Under the pieces are notes generated by a model that was not told where the DNA came from, did no database searches, and saw only the letters and a list, made by a program, of their open reading frames with translations. Of a stretch of DNA of 38,509 nucleotides, positions 16,621 through 26,544 are shown one piece after another; the first letter of the stretch is position 1; each line of letters begins with the position of its first letter. The stretch is from a candidate division WOR-3 bacterium (lineage in GTDB: Bacteria > Hydrothermota > Hydrothermia > LBFQ01 > DSFT01), in NCBI GenBank assembly GCA_965649115.1, contig CBFGJN010000013.1, forward strand, positions 1-38,509. Direction: 5' to 3'. A program made the position numbers and the translations under genes.

Positions 16621-18333
16621 ATGATGTGGTTAATTATAAGTCAGATGGGATTTTATAGCCCATCAAGTCAAGAATGGAACCAATTTGGCCATGACTATAA
16701 AAAGACAAGAAGAGCACCACTCAAATGTACAGCACCTGCCAGTGTAAATAGAATTTGGACAAGTGAAGATAGTCCTGGAAATTTCTTTTCTAGTGGTAGT
16801 GCCGTATGGAATATTGTATATGATGGTAATCTAAATGGAGATAACGAAGTTATGGGAGGGGGAACAGAAACTGGCTTCTTTTCAGATAATCTACTTTTAA
16901 GGCTACATCCATATTCAAATAGTTCAAATATCTTTGAGATAAGTGGTTTTGCTGACGATGGAAATTATATAGGACTTTATACTGCTGGGAAGGTTGGAAG
17001 TGAAAGAAGGGTTCTATTTACTTATGATTATGATAATTCTGGTTGGTTTAATGATGATTATGGTGATAAAGTTAGGGTTATAAATGGATGGACAGGTGCA
17101 ACAATCTGGGATTGGGAAGCTTGTCATAATGATTATTGTTTAAGAGGTCATCCTACTATTATAGATGTTAATGAAGATGGCTGTCCAGAGGTAATGTTTG
17201 GTTATTATAATAATATCCTATCTAAAAATCTCTGTGATTTTTCAAATGTTTTTAATACAAATGTAGGAGGATTATGTGCATCAACAATAGCTGTTGGTAA
17301 GTTCAATAGTCAGTGGGGTGCAGTTGTTTTATCTTGTGATGGTAGAATTAGAATTTTAAATCCTTCTTCTAATGGTTCAATTATTTCAACATCACCTTAT
17401 TATGGTTCTTTCAAAAGTGGTCCTCTTGTTTCTGACTTAGATAATGATAATAATGATGAAATTGTCTTTTCTACTTCAAGTGGAACTGTTGATGGACCTT
17501 ATTTTACATGCGATGATAATTTGTGTTCTCCATATTCGTGCTGTGAGGTTTGCTATTATAATAAAACTTTTTCAATTAAGGCTGTAAAGCCTCTTAGCTG
17601 GACAAACTTATGGTCAAAAGATCAAACTATTAGTGGTACTTATCCTGCACAAGACGATGGATGGGGGAACTACTATTGCCCTGATATTGGTGGTGGTGTT
17701 AGTGAATTTGCTATCGGTAGGATACTACCTAATAATCAACTTGGAATTGCTTATCTTCAAAACGGTCAATTAACAGTTATTAGAGCAGATAATGGTAATA
17801 CAGTGGCTTCTGGAATTGGAGGTTATGCTTTAAATCCAAGTGTTGCTGATTTGAACGGTGATGGTATAGAAGGTGTTATTGTTTCAGACGCTTGTGGAAA
17901 TCCAAAAGAGCATTCTTATGTAAATGGCTGGACAAGCCCTGTATGGTCTGCTGCTGGATGTGCAGATGAACCACCAATAACATCTGACTTAATTGTAGCA
18001 AAGGCATGGATGAATTATAACTTAAATCCACCACAAGGACAACTTATAATAGTTGAAGGTGATGCGTCTTGCTTTACAAATACTTGGTTATGTCAATCTG
18101 CTGAACAATTAACACCAACAGAAACATGGGAAAGCTTAAATAAACCAAAAATTTATTATGCTAATGGATACCTAAATATTGAAAACTACAAAGGAGATAT
18201 TGAAATTTACAAAATAGACGGTTCAAGAATAATGAAAAACTATGTTGATAACTCAGCCAAAATTAAAATTTCCACAAAGGGCATTTATATTATAAAGGCT
18301 AATAATGAAACTCATAAAATTATTGTAAATTAG
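16621..18333 (+). CDS. Cys-rich FG-GAP/VCBS-repeat exported protein with T9SS-like C-terminal domain
   Basis: DVNEDGCPEV, DLDNDNNDEIV, DLNGDGIE Ca-binding repeats; C-terminal IYKIDGS...KGIYIIK...HKIIVN. Confidence 0.78.
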   Translation: MMWLIISQMGFYSPSSQEWNQFGHDYKKTRRAPLKCTAPASVNRIWTSEDSPGNFFSSGSAVWNIVYDGNLNGDNEVMGGGTETGFFSDNLLLRLHPYSNSSNIFEISGFADDGNYIGLYTAGKVGSERRVLFTYDYDNSGWFNDDYGDKVRVINGWTGATIWDWEACHNDYCLRGHPTIIDVNEDGCPEVMFGYYNNILSKNLCDFSNVFNTNVGGLCASTIAVGKFNSQWGAVVLSCDGRIRILNPSSNGSIISTSPYYGSFKSGPLVSDLDNDNNDEIVFSTSSGTVDGPYFTCDDNLCSPYSCCEVCYYNKTFSIKAVKPLSWTNLWSKDQTISGTYPAQDDGWGNYYCPDIGGGVSEFAIGRILPNNQLGIAYLQNGQLTVIRADNGNTVASGIGGYALNPSVADLNGDGIEGVIVSDACGNPKEHSYVNGWTSPVWSAAGCADEPPITSDLIVAKAWMNYNLNPPQGQLIIVEGDASCFTNTWLCQSAEQLTPTETWESLNKPKIYYANGYLNIENYKGDIEIYKIDGSRIMKNYVDNSAKIKISTKGIYIIKANNETHKIIVN

Positions 18334-18343
18334 GAGGTGTGCT

Positions 18344-18871
18344 ATGATTTTGTTAGTTTTGAATTTAACGATTGATGATGTGATAAACAGGTACAATAAT
18401 TTACAATTTGTAAAAGCAAATGTAATTTTCTATTATAAGCTTGGTATAGTGGGAAATTCCGAATATGAAAGAGCTTATTATAGTAGTTTAAATAAGGATA
18501 TATGGAAAGGTGAAATGATTTATCAAGATAACGCTTTTAATTATAAATTTATAACAAAAAAAGGCAAAGAAATTGAATTATATTTATCTGGCAATAATGA
18601 AAATGATTACACATTTGAATTTAAGTATCAAGGCAAGGTACAAGCAGTAAATGCGCTTGATTGGGCGTACTTTATGGTTTATAAAATGCCAAGAATTCTA
18701 AAAGAGCATAATTATGAAGTTTCTCAAAATGGAAACTGGTTTATATTTAAAAAAGGTATAAGAGAGTTAAGAATGCTAATAGATAACAATTATAGAATTT
18801 TGAAAGTTGAGTATTATAAAAGGGGAGCTATAAAGGGAATTTTAGAGTTTTCAGATATTCAAATTGAATAA
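18344..18871 (+). CDS. Exported protein, possibly LolA-like fold
   Basis: SD GGAGGT; short hydrophobic N-terminus; C-terminal LID...ILKVEYY...ILEFSDIQ pattern. Confidence 0.5.
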   Translation: MILLVLNLTIDDVINRYNNLQFVKANVIFYYKLGIVGNSEYERAYYSSLNKDIWKGEMIYQDNAFNYKFITKKGKEIELYLSGNNENDYTFEFKYQGKVQAVNALDWAYFMVYKMPRILKEHNYEVSQNGNWFIFKKGIRELRMLIDNNYRILKVEYYKRGAIKGILEFSDIQIE

Positions 18872-18887
18872 GGGGCTTTTGCCCCTT
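18870..18887. terminator. Hairpin between convergent genes
   Basis: AAGGGGC-TTTT-GCCCCTT fills the whole intergenic gap. Confidence 0.65.
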
Positions 18888-19610
18888 TCATATTTTAAAT
18901 CTCCAACCTATATATAATTCTCTTACTTTTGGATTTTCTATTAATTCTTTTGATGTTCCTTCAATAAGAATTTCACCTTCATATATAATGTAAGCTCTAT
19001 CAGTTATTTCAAGCGTTTCTCTAACATTATGATCAGTTATTAGTATTCCTATACCTATCTTTTTCAATTGAATAATAATGTCTTGAATTTCTTCCCTTGT
19101 TTTTGGATCTATTCCTGTAAATGGTTCATCTAATAAAAGAAATTTAGGGTCTAATGCTAATGCTCTTGCAATTTCAACCCTTCTTCTTTCTCCACCTGAT
19201 AATTGATAACCTTTACTATCTTTTAATCTCAAAACATTTAACATCTCTAATAATTTCTTAGTTTTTTCAATTCTTTCAATTTTTTTCATTCTTCTCATTT
19301 CAAGAACACTATAAACATTATCCCAAACACTCAAATTTCTAAAAATTGATGTTTCCTGAGGTAAATAACCAATTCCAAGCCTTGCCCTTTTGTACATAGG
19401 AAGTTTTGTAATTTCTTTATCGTTGAAAAAAACCTTACCTTTATTTGGTCTAATAGCACCCATTATCATATAGAATGTAGTAGTTTTACCTGCTCCATTA
19501 GGACCAAGCAGTGCTACTACTTCACCCGTCTTAACATTGATATTTATACCTTTAACAACAGTCCTTCTTCCATATTTTTTTACTAAATTTTCAGCCCTTA
19601 AAACATTCAT
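18888..19610 (-). CDS. lptB: LPS export ABC transporter ATPase
   Basis: GPNGAGKTTTFYM, YLPQE.SIFR, LSGGERRR, ITDHNVRETL. Confidence 0.95.
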   Translation of the reverse strand: MNVLRAENLVKKYGRRTVVKGININVKTGEVVALLGPNGAGKTTTFYMIMGAIRPNKGKVFFNDKEITKLPMYKRARLGIGYLPQETSIFRNLSVWDNVYSVLEMRRMKKIERIEKTKKLLEMLNVLRLKDSKGYQLSGGERRRVEIARALALDPKFLLLDEPFTGIDPKTREEIQDIIIQLKKIGIGILITDHNVRETLEITDRAYIIYEGEILIEGTSKELIENPKVRELYIGWRFKI

Positions 19611-21607
19611 AATTTAAAGATAACCTTAACCCATCTAATTAAAGCAATCAAGAAAACAATAAAAACGATAGATATATATATTGAAAGCACAAAAACATTT
19701 AAATAATCATTAAATATGACCCTTTTTGCAATATCAATTGATGGAATAGTTTGGGGTAATGAGTTATTTATTATAGCATCTTTTAAATAATTTGCATGTG
19801 CTAAAAATCCAATTTGAGGATTAGGATGGAATATCTTTTGAAGACCACCATAAGAGGTATTAAAAACTACAAAGAGCATTGGAATTGCTGTTATAAAAGC
19901 ATATCTTATTTTACCATTATTTATAAGATAAGTTGTTGCAGTTATTAATGCTAAACTTGCTAATAGCTGATTTGCTATACCAAATATAGGCCAAAATGTT
20001 TTAATCCCACCATATGGATCTACAACACCTGCGTATAAGAAATAACCCCAAAGTGAAACTGTTATTATTGTAGCAATAATTGAAGAAAATATAGAACTAT
20101 AATTTGATAAAGATTTTATTATTTTACCAAATAAATCGTGAAAAATATATCTACCAATTCTCGTTCCTGCATCAATTGTAGTTAAAATAAATAATGCTTC
20201 AAAAAGGATAATGAAATGATAAAAGAATGCAATAAGATGCTTTCCAAAAACATCTGAAAAAATTAATGCCATACCTATTGCTAAACTTGGTGCTCCACCT
20301 GTCCTTGATAAAATTGTTTTCTCTTCAATTGCTTTTGATAAACTTTCAATATCATCAGGAGTTATTTTAAATCCCCAAGAATTGATTTTATTTACAGCAC
20401 TTTCAATTGTTTTACCTATCTCAGATTGAGGTGAATTTATAGCAAAGTAAATGCCAGGTTCCATTGTAATAGCAGCAATCAAAGCCATAACTGCTACAAA
20501 CGATTCCATTAACATTCCACTATAACCTACAAATCTTGTATCATTTTCTTTATCAATAAGCTTAGGAGTTGTTCCTGATGAAACAAGTGAATGAAATCCT
20601 GATATTGCTCCACAAGCAATTGTTATAAATAAAAACGGAACCAAATCACCTTTCCAAACGGGACCATTACCGTTTATAAATTGAGTAATTGCAGGCATTT
20701 TTATATTAGGCAAAGACAAAAATATACCAATTGCCAAAATAATAACTGTTCCAATTTTTAAAAATGTGCTTAAATAATCTCTTGGTGCTAATAATAACCA
20801 AATTGGTAAAATGGAAGCAATAGCACCATATAAAATTAAACCAATAGCTAGTTGAGTTTCTGAAAATGTAAAGAACTTAGACAAATTAGGGTCAAGTGCA
20901 ATATATCTTCCAATTATTAAGCTAATTATTAGCATTATTATGCCAAATAAACTTGGTCCTATTACAGAACCTGGTTTAATTTTCCACATCCAAATACCCA
21001 TTATCATAGCTATTGGAATTGTCATTATAATTGTAAATGTTCCCCATGGACTTTCAAACAATGCTTTAACTACAACAAGAGCAAGAACCGCCATTAGAAT
21101 CATTAAAATTGAATATATTCCAATTAAAGATAAAATTCCTGCAAATTTTCCAAGTTCATCTGAAATAATTTCTCCTAAGGATTTGGCATTTTTCCTTGTT
21201 GAAATTATTAAAATTACCATATCTTGAACAGCACCTGCTAATATAACACCGAAAACAATCCAAAGTGTAGAAGGTAAATAACCCATTTGAGCAGCAAGAA
21301 CAGGTCCAACAAGTGGTCCAGCACCACTAATTGCAGCAAAATGATGACCCAAAACTACCCATTTATTTGTTGGAACAAAATCATAACCATTATTAAATTT
21401 GTGAGCAGGTGTTATATTATCATCATTTAATTTAAAAACATTATTTGCAATAAATTTACTATAATAGCGATAACCAATATAATAACTTGAAATTGCAAGA
21501 ACTAAAATCCAAGCAGCAGATATATTCTCTCCTCTATGAACAGCAAGAACAAATAAAGAAGAAAAAATTAAAATTGATAAAATAATTGGAATTATTAACT
21601 TTTTCAT
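19607..21607 (-). CDS. cstA: Carbon starvation protein CstA family transporter
   Basis: GHHFAAISGAGPLVGP, IACGAISGFH, TTIDAGTR. Start 21607 overlaps the upstream stop (ATGA). Confidence 0.93.
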   Translation of the reverse strand: MKKLIIPIILSILIFSSLFVLAVHRGENISAAWILVLAISSYYIGYRYYSKFIANNVFKLNDDNITPAHKFNNGYDFVPTNKWVVLGHHFAAISGAGPLVGPVLAAQMGYLPSTLWIVFGVILAGAVQDMVILIISTRKNAKSLGEIISDELGKFAGILSLIGIYSILMILMAVLALVVVKALFESPWGTFTIIMTIPIAMIMGIWMWKIKPGSVIGPSLFGIIMLIISLIIGRYIALDPNLSKFFTFSETQLAIGLILYGAIASILPIWLLLAPRDYLSTFLKIGTVIILAIGIFLSLPNIKMPAITQFINGNGPVWKGDLVPFLFITIACGAISGFHSLVSSGTTPKLIDKENDTRFVGYSGMLMESFVAVMALIAAITMEPGIYFAINSPQSEIGKTIESAVNKINSWGFKITPDDIESLSKAIEEKTILSRTGGAPSLAIGMALIFSDVFGKHLIAFFYHFIILFEALFILTTIDAGTRIGRYIFHDLFGKIIKSLSNYSSIFSSIIATIITVSLWGYFLYAGVVDPYGGIKTFWPIFGIANQLLASLALITATTYLINNGKIRYAFITAIPMLFVVFNTSYGGLQKIFHPNPQIGFLAHANYLKDAIINNSLPQTIPSIDIAKRVIFNDYLNVFVLSIYISIVFIVFLIALIRWVKVIFKL

Positions 21608-23040
21608 CTTATTTTCAATATCGGACATATAACCTCTTCAATTGTAATACCTCCATGCATAAAGTAGTTTTCATATTGTTTTTTAAATTTATGTTCTTGT
21701 GCCTTGAAAACAAAATAACCATAACCATCTGCAATACCAAATCTTTCTGAAATTTTAGGAAGTCCATAATCTTCCAAATTCTTAATCAAATAACCATCTT
21801 TACTCATAAACCTTAAACTATCTCCAAATTTAAATCTCAAACCTTCACTTAAATCATTACCACCACTAATAGCAATAGGTTTCTTTCCTATTATCCATCC
21901 ATGGTCAGTTGTTATAAAAACAACATAATTTTGTTTCAAATATCTTTCAATAACACCAATAATTTTGCTATCAATTAAGATAACATTTATAAGCTTTAAA
22001 ATTGTATCCAAACTTTTAATATCTCTCAAACTTTCAATATCCGCTCTTTGATGTAGAAATTCATCTAAAAAGTTTATAACATTTATTTCTATTTCCTTTC
22101 CCGATGGATTAATTTTTGAAACATCTTCAAAATGATTAATTTTTAAAATTCTATAATTTTTTGAAATTTTATTTTCTCTTAAAAATTCATCAAAAAGCTC
22201 AATTTCATGTAAGTTATTATTTAGGTATTCAGGATGTCTTTTGTAGATTTCCAAAGGTAATTTTCCTGAAAATAAAGCATTCCTTGAAAAAAGCGTAGAT
22301 GTCGGAATAATTGAAAAATAAAAATCAATTTCTATATTAAAGGAACTTGGAATTTCCTTTAAAAACAATAACATTTGGTCAATCCTAAAAGCATCAATAA
22401 TAAAAATTGAGACATTATTATAATTTATAAGCTTTTTCATTAAATTATGAGAAAATGTTTTTTCTTTTATGAGATGAGGATAATTTTCTATTAGCCATTT
22501 AGCAAACTTTTGATTTTGTGATTCAATTTCCAAATCAATAATTTCTCTATCATTTTCGTTTAATTTTATCCTCGTTTCAAACAATAATTTTGCTTTTTTA
22601 ATCCAATTTTCATAACTATCTTCAAGACTATTTATATAATTATAAATTTCACTAATTCCAATACCTAAAAATTTTCTCTTTATTTCTTCCTTTTTAATTT
22701 TATTAGAAATAGCTAAAATTTGTTCAATTCTTATAGGCTTTAAAATATAATCATAAACATCATTTCCTATTGCTTTCTCTATAATTTCTTTATCAGAAAT
22801 AGCAGTTAGCATAATAACTGGAACATTTGGCTTTATTGAATTTATAACTTTTAAAACCTCAATACCATCCAAATTTGGCATTTTGTAATCTAATAATATA
22901 AAGTCATAAGTACTTTCTTTAACTTTCTTAATTCCTTCAAAACCATTTTCAGCAGTTTCCACATCAAAACCTTCACTTTTTAATAATTCTATAACAGCAT
23001 TTAAATCATTTATTTCATCATCTATCCAAAGTATTCTCAT
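21604..23040 (-). CDS. Response regulator with PglZ/alkaline-phosphatase domain (PorX-like)
   Basis: REC domain (WIDDE, LLDYKMP, KP) plus IDAFR.DQ, PT.T..SRNALFSG, TTDHG, HGGITIEE. Confidence 0.85.
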   Translation of the reverse strand: MRILWIDDEINDLNAVIELLKSEGFDVETAENGFEGIKKVKESTYDFILLDYKMPNLDGIEVLKVINSIKPNVPVIMLTAISDKEIIEKAIGNDVYDYILKPIRIEQILAISNKIKKEEIKRKFLGIGISEIYNYINSLEDSYENWIKKAKLLFETRIKLNENDREIIDLEIESQNQKFAKWLIENYPHLIKEKTFSHNLMKKLINYNNVSIFIIDAFRIDQMLLFLKEIPSSFNIEIDFYFSIIPTSTLFSRNALFSGKLPLEIYKRHPEYLNNNLHEIELFDEFLRENKISKNYRILKINHFEDVSKINPSGKEIEINVINFLDEFLHQRADIESLRDIKSLDTILKLINVILIDSKIIGVIERYLKQNYVVFITTDHGWIIGKKPIAISGGNDLSEGLRFKFGDSLRFMSKDGYLIKNLEDYGLPKISERFGIADGYGYFVFKAQEHKFKKQYENYFMHGGITIEEVICPILKIR

Positions 23041-23109
23041 TTATAATTTTTGAAATTTTAAAGGACAATGAACTCTATTTAAAAACATCGTCAAGCTATG
23101 CCCTCAATT

Positions 23110-23172
23110 ACTGAAATATAGGCATTTATAATCCAAAAACTTATTTATAGAACGGGTGGGAAATAAAGACTA
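23110..23172 (+). repeat. Highly degenerate intergenic element remnant
   Basis: CTGAAATATAGGCATTTATAA...CTTATTTATAGAACGGGTGGGAAATAAAG aligns with 35332-35390. Confidence 0.55.
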
Positions 23173-23197
23173 ATTTTAATCCTTTAAAATTTAAAAT

Positions 23198-26029
23198 ATG
23201 ACAAAAATTTTAATTTCAAAAATTTACATTTTTATACTAAGAATTCTTGAAGCATTTATAATTTCCCTATCTTTTGCAATTCTCATTATAGCAATCTATC
23301 CAATTAATATCAAAATCGTTTCAGTTCTTTCAGCAATTCCATTTGCTATATATCTTTTAAGCTCGTTAAAATTTTTAAAAGATGAAGAAATAGCCTGGCT
23401 TTATGAATTTAAATACAAGGACTTAAATGAAAAACTAATAACTTATATTGAACTTAAATTAAAATCAATATATGAAAAAATCAATTTTAAAGCACTAAAT
23501 CCTTTCTCAATATACAAACCAAAATATGAATTACTTTTGTTTCTTGTATTTTCATTTTTACTTTTAATGTTTTCATTTAGTTTTAGAAAACCTTTATATA
23601 TTGCAAATTATGGCGAATATAAAAGAGTTGTTAAAATTTTTGGAAATGACGAATTTTTTTTAGGTGAAGATATTATTTTGAAAATAAAAAATTATAGTTT
23701 TTTAAAGGAAAAATTAACTCTAAAACCAACTAATTATTCTTTTGAAATTGAACCATTAAGTGAAATTATAGATACGATCAGAAACTTAGATGAAGGTAAT
23801 TATCAAATTGAATTTTTGGGGAAAAATATCTTTAATTTAAAAGTTTTTCAAAAGCCTGTAATTGATTCATTAATTATAAATGTTAAAACTCCTTATTTGA
23901 ACTTAGAACAATCGGTAAAAAATAATTTTGAAATTTCAGTAATTGAAGGAAGCAAATTAAATATAACTTTGTTTTCAAGTAGTTCAGATTCAATTAAGCC
24001 ATTTTCAAAAATATCATTAATTGCTACAAAGGATACTGAATTTGAATTTTACCTATATAAATCAAAAAAAATCCTTAAATATCCAACCAAATTAAAAATT
24101 TCAGTAATTAAAGATAATCCTCCTTTTGTAAAAATTCTATATCCCGAGAATTTCATACATTTGCCTGAAAACTATAAAATTCCTATAATAGGAATATCAA
24201 CAGATGATTATGGTTTAACGAAAATGGAGATTTATTTGAATGAAAAATTAATTTATAGAAAGAACTCAAATAATTTACTAAAAGACACTATTTTCTACAA
24301 TTTAGATTTAAGTTCAGAAAAACTGCTACCTGGCGATGAAATTAAAGTTTATTTAAAATCAACGGATTTAAAAGGACAAACAAGCTTTGACTATATAACA
24401 ATAAAATTCCCTACACTTGCTGAACAAATGAATTTATCTACAAAAGGTATTGCAGAAAGTGAGAAACAGTTAAAGGATTTAAGAGAAAAAATTGAAGATT
24501 TGGGAGACATTTTAAATAAGATGGATTCAAAAGAAGATTTAAATGCAATAAGTAAAGAATTAAAGGATGCTCAAAAAGAAATGGAAAAATTAAAAGAAAA
24601 AATTGAAGAAATAAGTCAAAAAATGAGTTTAGAACCTGAAATTCAAGAACAATTAAAAAGAATTTCAGAATTGTATGAAAAAATTTTAGATGACGAATTA
24701 AAGCAAATTTTAAATAGAATACAAGAAGCAATAAACAAGTTAGATAAAGAGGAAATTAAAAAATTACTTGAAAACACAAAAATAGATATTGAAAAATTGA
24801 AAAATTCCCTAAAAGCAACAGAATCAACACTTAGAAAATTCTATGAAGAGAAGAAGCTAAAAGAACTTTCAGAAAAACTAAAAGAAATAGCAAACAAGCA
24901 AGAAAATGTTAATGATAAAAGCTCACAAAATGAAATTACAAATGAACTTAAAGATGTTAGAGAAAATTTAAATGATATTTCAAAAACTATTGAAAAACCC
25001 TTTTCTGATAGCTTAAAGAATATATCAAGCGAATTAGAAAAAATCATAAATCAATCTGAAAATATAAGTGAAAACTGGCCAAATTCAAAAGGGATGTGTC
25101 AATCTAATGCTAAAAGTATAAGAGCTTTATCTCAGAAATTAGAAAATTTACAAAATCAACTTGTTGAAAGCAGAAAAGAAGAAATTATTAAAAAAATTGA
25201 AGCTTTAAGAAGGAGCTTAATTTTTATATCACAAAATGAAGAAGCAAATAATGAATTTGAACAAAGAGCAATTTTAAACGCTATTAAGATAGCAATTAGG
25301 GATTTTGAGGAATTAGCAAACATGAATTTTCTAATAACAATAGATATAAAAGCACATTTATATATGGCATTGGAAAATGCACAAGAAGTTTTGTTAAGAT
25401 ACAAATATAATGATTTTAATAGAGCTAAAAATTATAAAAATTCTGAAAAAAAGGAAATTTTAAGTGCAATTTTAAAACTCTACGATGCTCAAAATCAAGT
25501 TGCAAATTCAAGCTCTTCAAGTGGATATAGTGAAATGCTAAAAAAGATGGCTCAAACATTATCTAATATGCAATCATTAAACAATCAAAATCTTTCAGAT
25601 GATTTATTAAAACAAATAATGCTCCAACAAGAAATGTTAAAGAAAATGATTCAAGGAATTAGAGAAGGGATGGAAAAGACTGGGAATAAATACTCTGAAA
25701 AACTAAAAGAAATTGAAAAACAAATTGACGACTTAGAAAAAGAAATAAAAGATAAGAAAAAAATTGATAGGAGAATTATTGAAAAACAAAGAGAAATAAT
25801 GTATAATTTACTTTCAGCTTGGACAGGTTTAAAATCTGAAAATAAATCAGAAAAATTAGAAGCAGAAAGACCCAAAAATATAAAATATGAAGAACCGATA
25901 ATTTCCGAAAATATGATATATAGACAAAAAATTATTGAAATTTTAAGAAAAATTCAAAACCTTGAAATAGACAATTCTCAAAAGCAAAAACTTATAGAAT
26001 TTTATCAAAATCTTTTAAAATCATTTTGA
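23198..26029 (+). CDS. Large membrane-anchored coiled-coil protein (DUF4175-like)
   Basis: N-terminal TM helices, D.PP.V.I..P and DDYGL motifs, long coiled-coil C-terminal half. Confidence 0.7.
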   Translation: MTKILISKIYIFILRILEAFIISLSFAILIIAIYPINIKIVSVLSAIPFAIYLLSSLKFLKDEEIAWLYEFKYKDLNEKLITYIELKLKSIYEKINFKALNPFSIYKPKYELLLFLVFSFLLLMFSFSFRKPLYIANYGEYKRVVKIFGNDEFFLGEDIILKIKNYSFLKEKLTLKPTNYSFEIEPLSEIIDTIRNLDEGNYQIEFLGKNIFNLKVFQKPVIDSLIINVKTPYLNLEQSVKNNFEISVIEGSKLNITLFSSSSDSIKPFSKISLIATKDTEFEFYLYKSKKILKYPTKLKISVIKDNPPFVKILYPENFIHLPENYKIPIIGISTDDYGLTKMEIYLNEKLIYRKNSNNLLKDTIFYNLDLSSEKLLPGDEIKVYLKSTDLKGQTSFDYITIKFPTLAEQMNLSTKGIAESEKQLKDLREKIEDLGDILNKMDSKEDLNAISKELKDAQKEMEKLKEKIEEISQKMSLEPEIQEQLKRISELYEKILDDELKQILNRIQEAINKLDKEEIKKLLENTKIDIEKLKNSLKATESTLRKFYEEKKLKELSEKLKEIANKQENVNDKSSQNEITNELKDVRENLNDISKTIEKPFSDSLKNISSELEKIINQSENISENWPNSKGMCQSNAKSIRALSQKLENLQNQLVESRKEEIIKKIEALRRSLIFISQNEEANNEFEQRAILNAIKIAIRDFEELANMNFLITIDIKAHLYMALENAQEVLLRYKYNDFNRAKNYKNSEKKEILSAILKLYDAQNQVANSSSSSGYSEMLKKMAQTLSNMQSLNNQNLSDDLLKQIMLQQEMLKKMIQGIREGMEKTGNKYSEKLKEIEKQIDDLEKEIKDKKKIDRRIIEKQREIMYNLLSAWTGLKSENKSEKLEAERPKNIKYEEPIISENMIYRQKIIEILRKIQNLEIDNSQKQKLIEFYQNLLKSF

Positions 26030-26032
26030 ATG

Positions 26033-26239
26033 TGCCCTGTCCAATAATTCTAAAAATATATTTTTTCTTTATTTTCCCACCCACCCTGAGAGTAAAGCTC
26101 CGCTTTATAAATACCCATATTTCGGCTATGGGGGGGGCGAAAGCCCCCCATTAAAACCCCCCTTAAATTCAATAATTTCTTTGAAAATTTTGCAAGTTAT
26201 TGATTACCAATTACTTAGCACCATTTATTGGACAAATCA
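26033..26239 (-). mobile_element. Full-length MITE-like element (207 bp)
   Basis: TIRs TGCCCTGTCCAATAA / TTATTGGACAAATCA with all internal modules. Confidence 0.75.
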
Positions 26240-26248
26240 TTTTAAATG

Positions 26249-26428
26249 TGGTGTGTCTAGTAATTCTGAAAGTATCTATTTTACTATATTTTTCCCACCC
26301 ACCCTAAATATAAGCGGATGGCTTAAAAGCTTCACCCCCTTAATTCCCTCCATTAAATCAATAATTTCCTTAAAAATTTTATAAGTCCTTGATAATCAAG
26401 GGCTTAACACTATTTACTGGACTAAGCC
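26249..26428 (-). mobile_element. MITE-like element copy (internally deleted)
   Basis: TGGTGTGTCTAGTAA ... TTACTGGACTAAGCC; CCCACCCACCCT tract and double IHF-like palindrome. Confidence 0.7.
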
Positions 26429-26539
26429 TACGGCTTATAACTTCGCCCCCCTTAAAACCCCCCGTAAAATTAATAATTTTCTTAAATTTTTGTAAGTTGT
26501 TGATAATCAAGGACTTAAAATTATTTATTGGACAAAGCA
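26423..26539 (-). repeat. Partial element copy fused to the previous one
   Basis: TAAGCC-TAC-GGCTTA hairpin, palindrome 26493-26517, TTATTGGACAAAGCA end. Confidence 0.8.
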
Positions 26540-26544
26540 CAAAA

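Noticed and set aside
21604..23040. BREX defence system (PglZ)
   Set aside because: PglZ domain is fused to a receiver domain and no brxC/pglX genes are present
24438..25875. Several antisense ORFs in the coiled-coil gene, plus similar ones at 5543, 7162, 7961, 9128, 11700, 12008, 13758, 20940, 27372, 27886, 32474, 33339
   Set aside because: Shadow ORFs opposite well-supported genes; compositionally biased with no motifs
26181..26384. 67-aa ORF
   Set aside because: Entirely within the repeat cluster; a translation of element sequence
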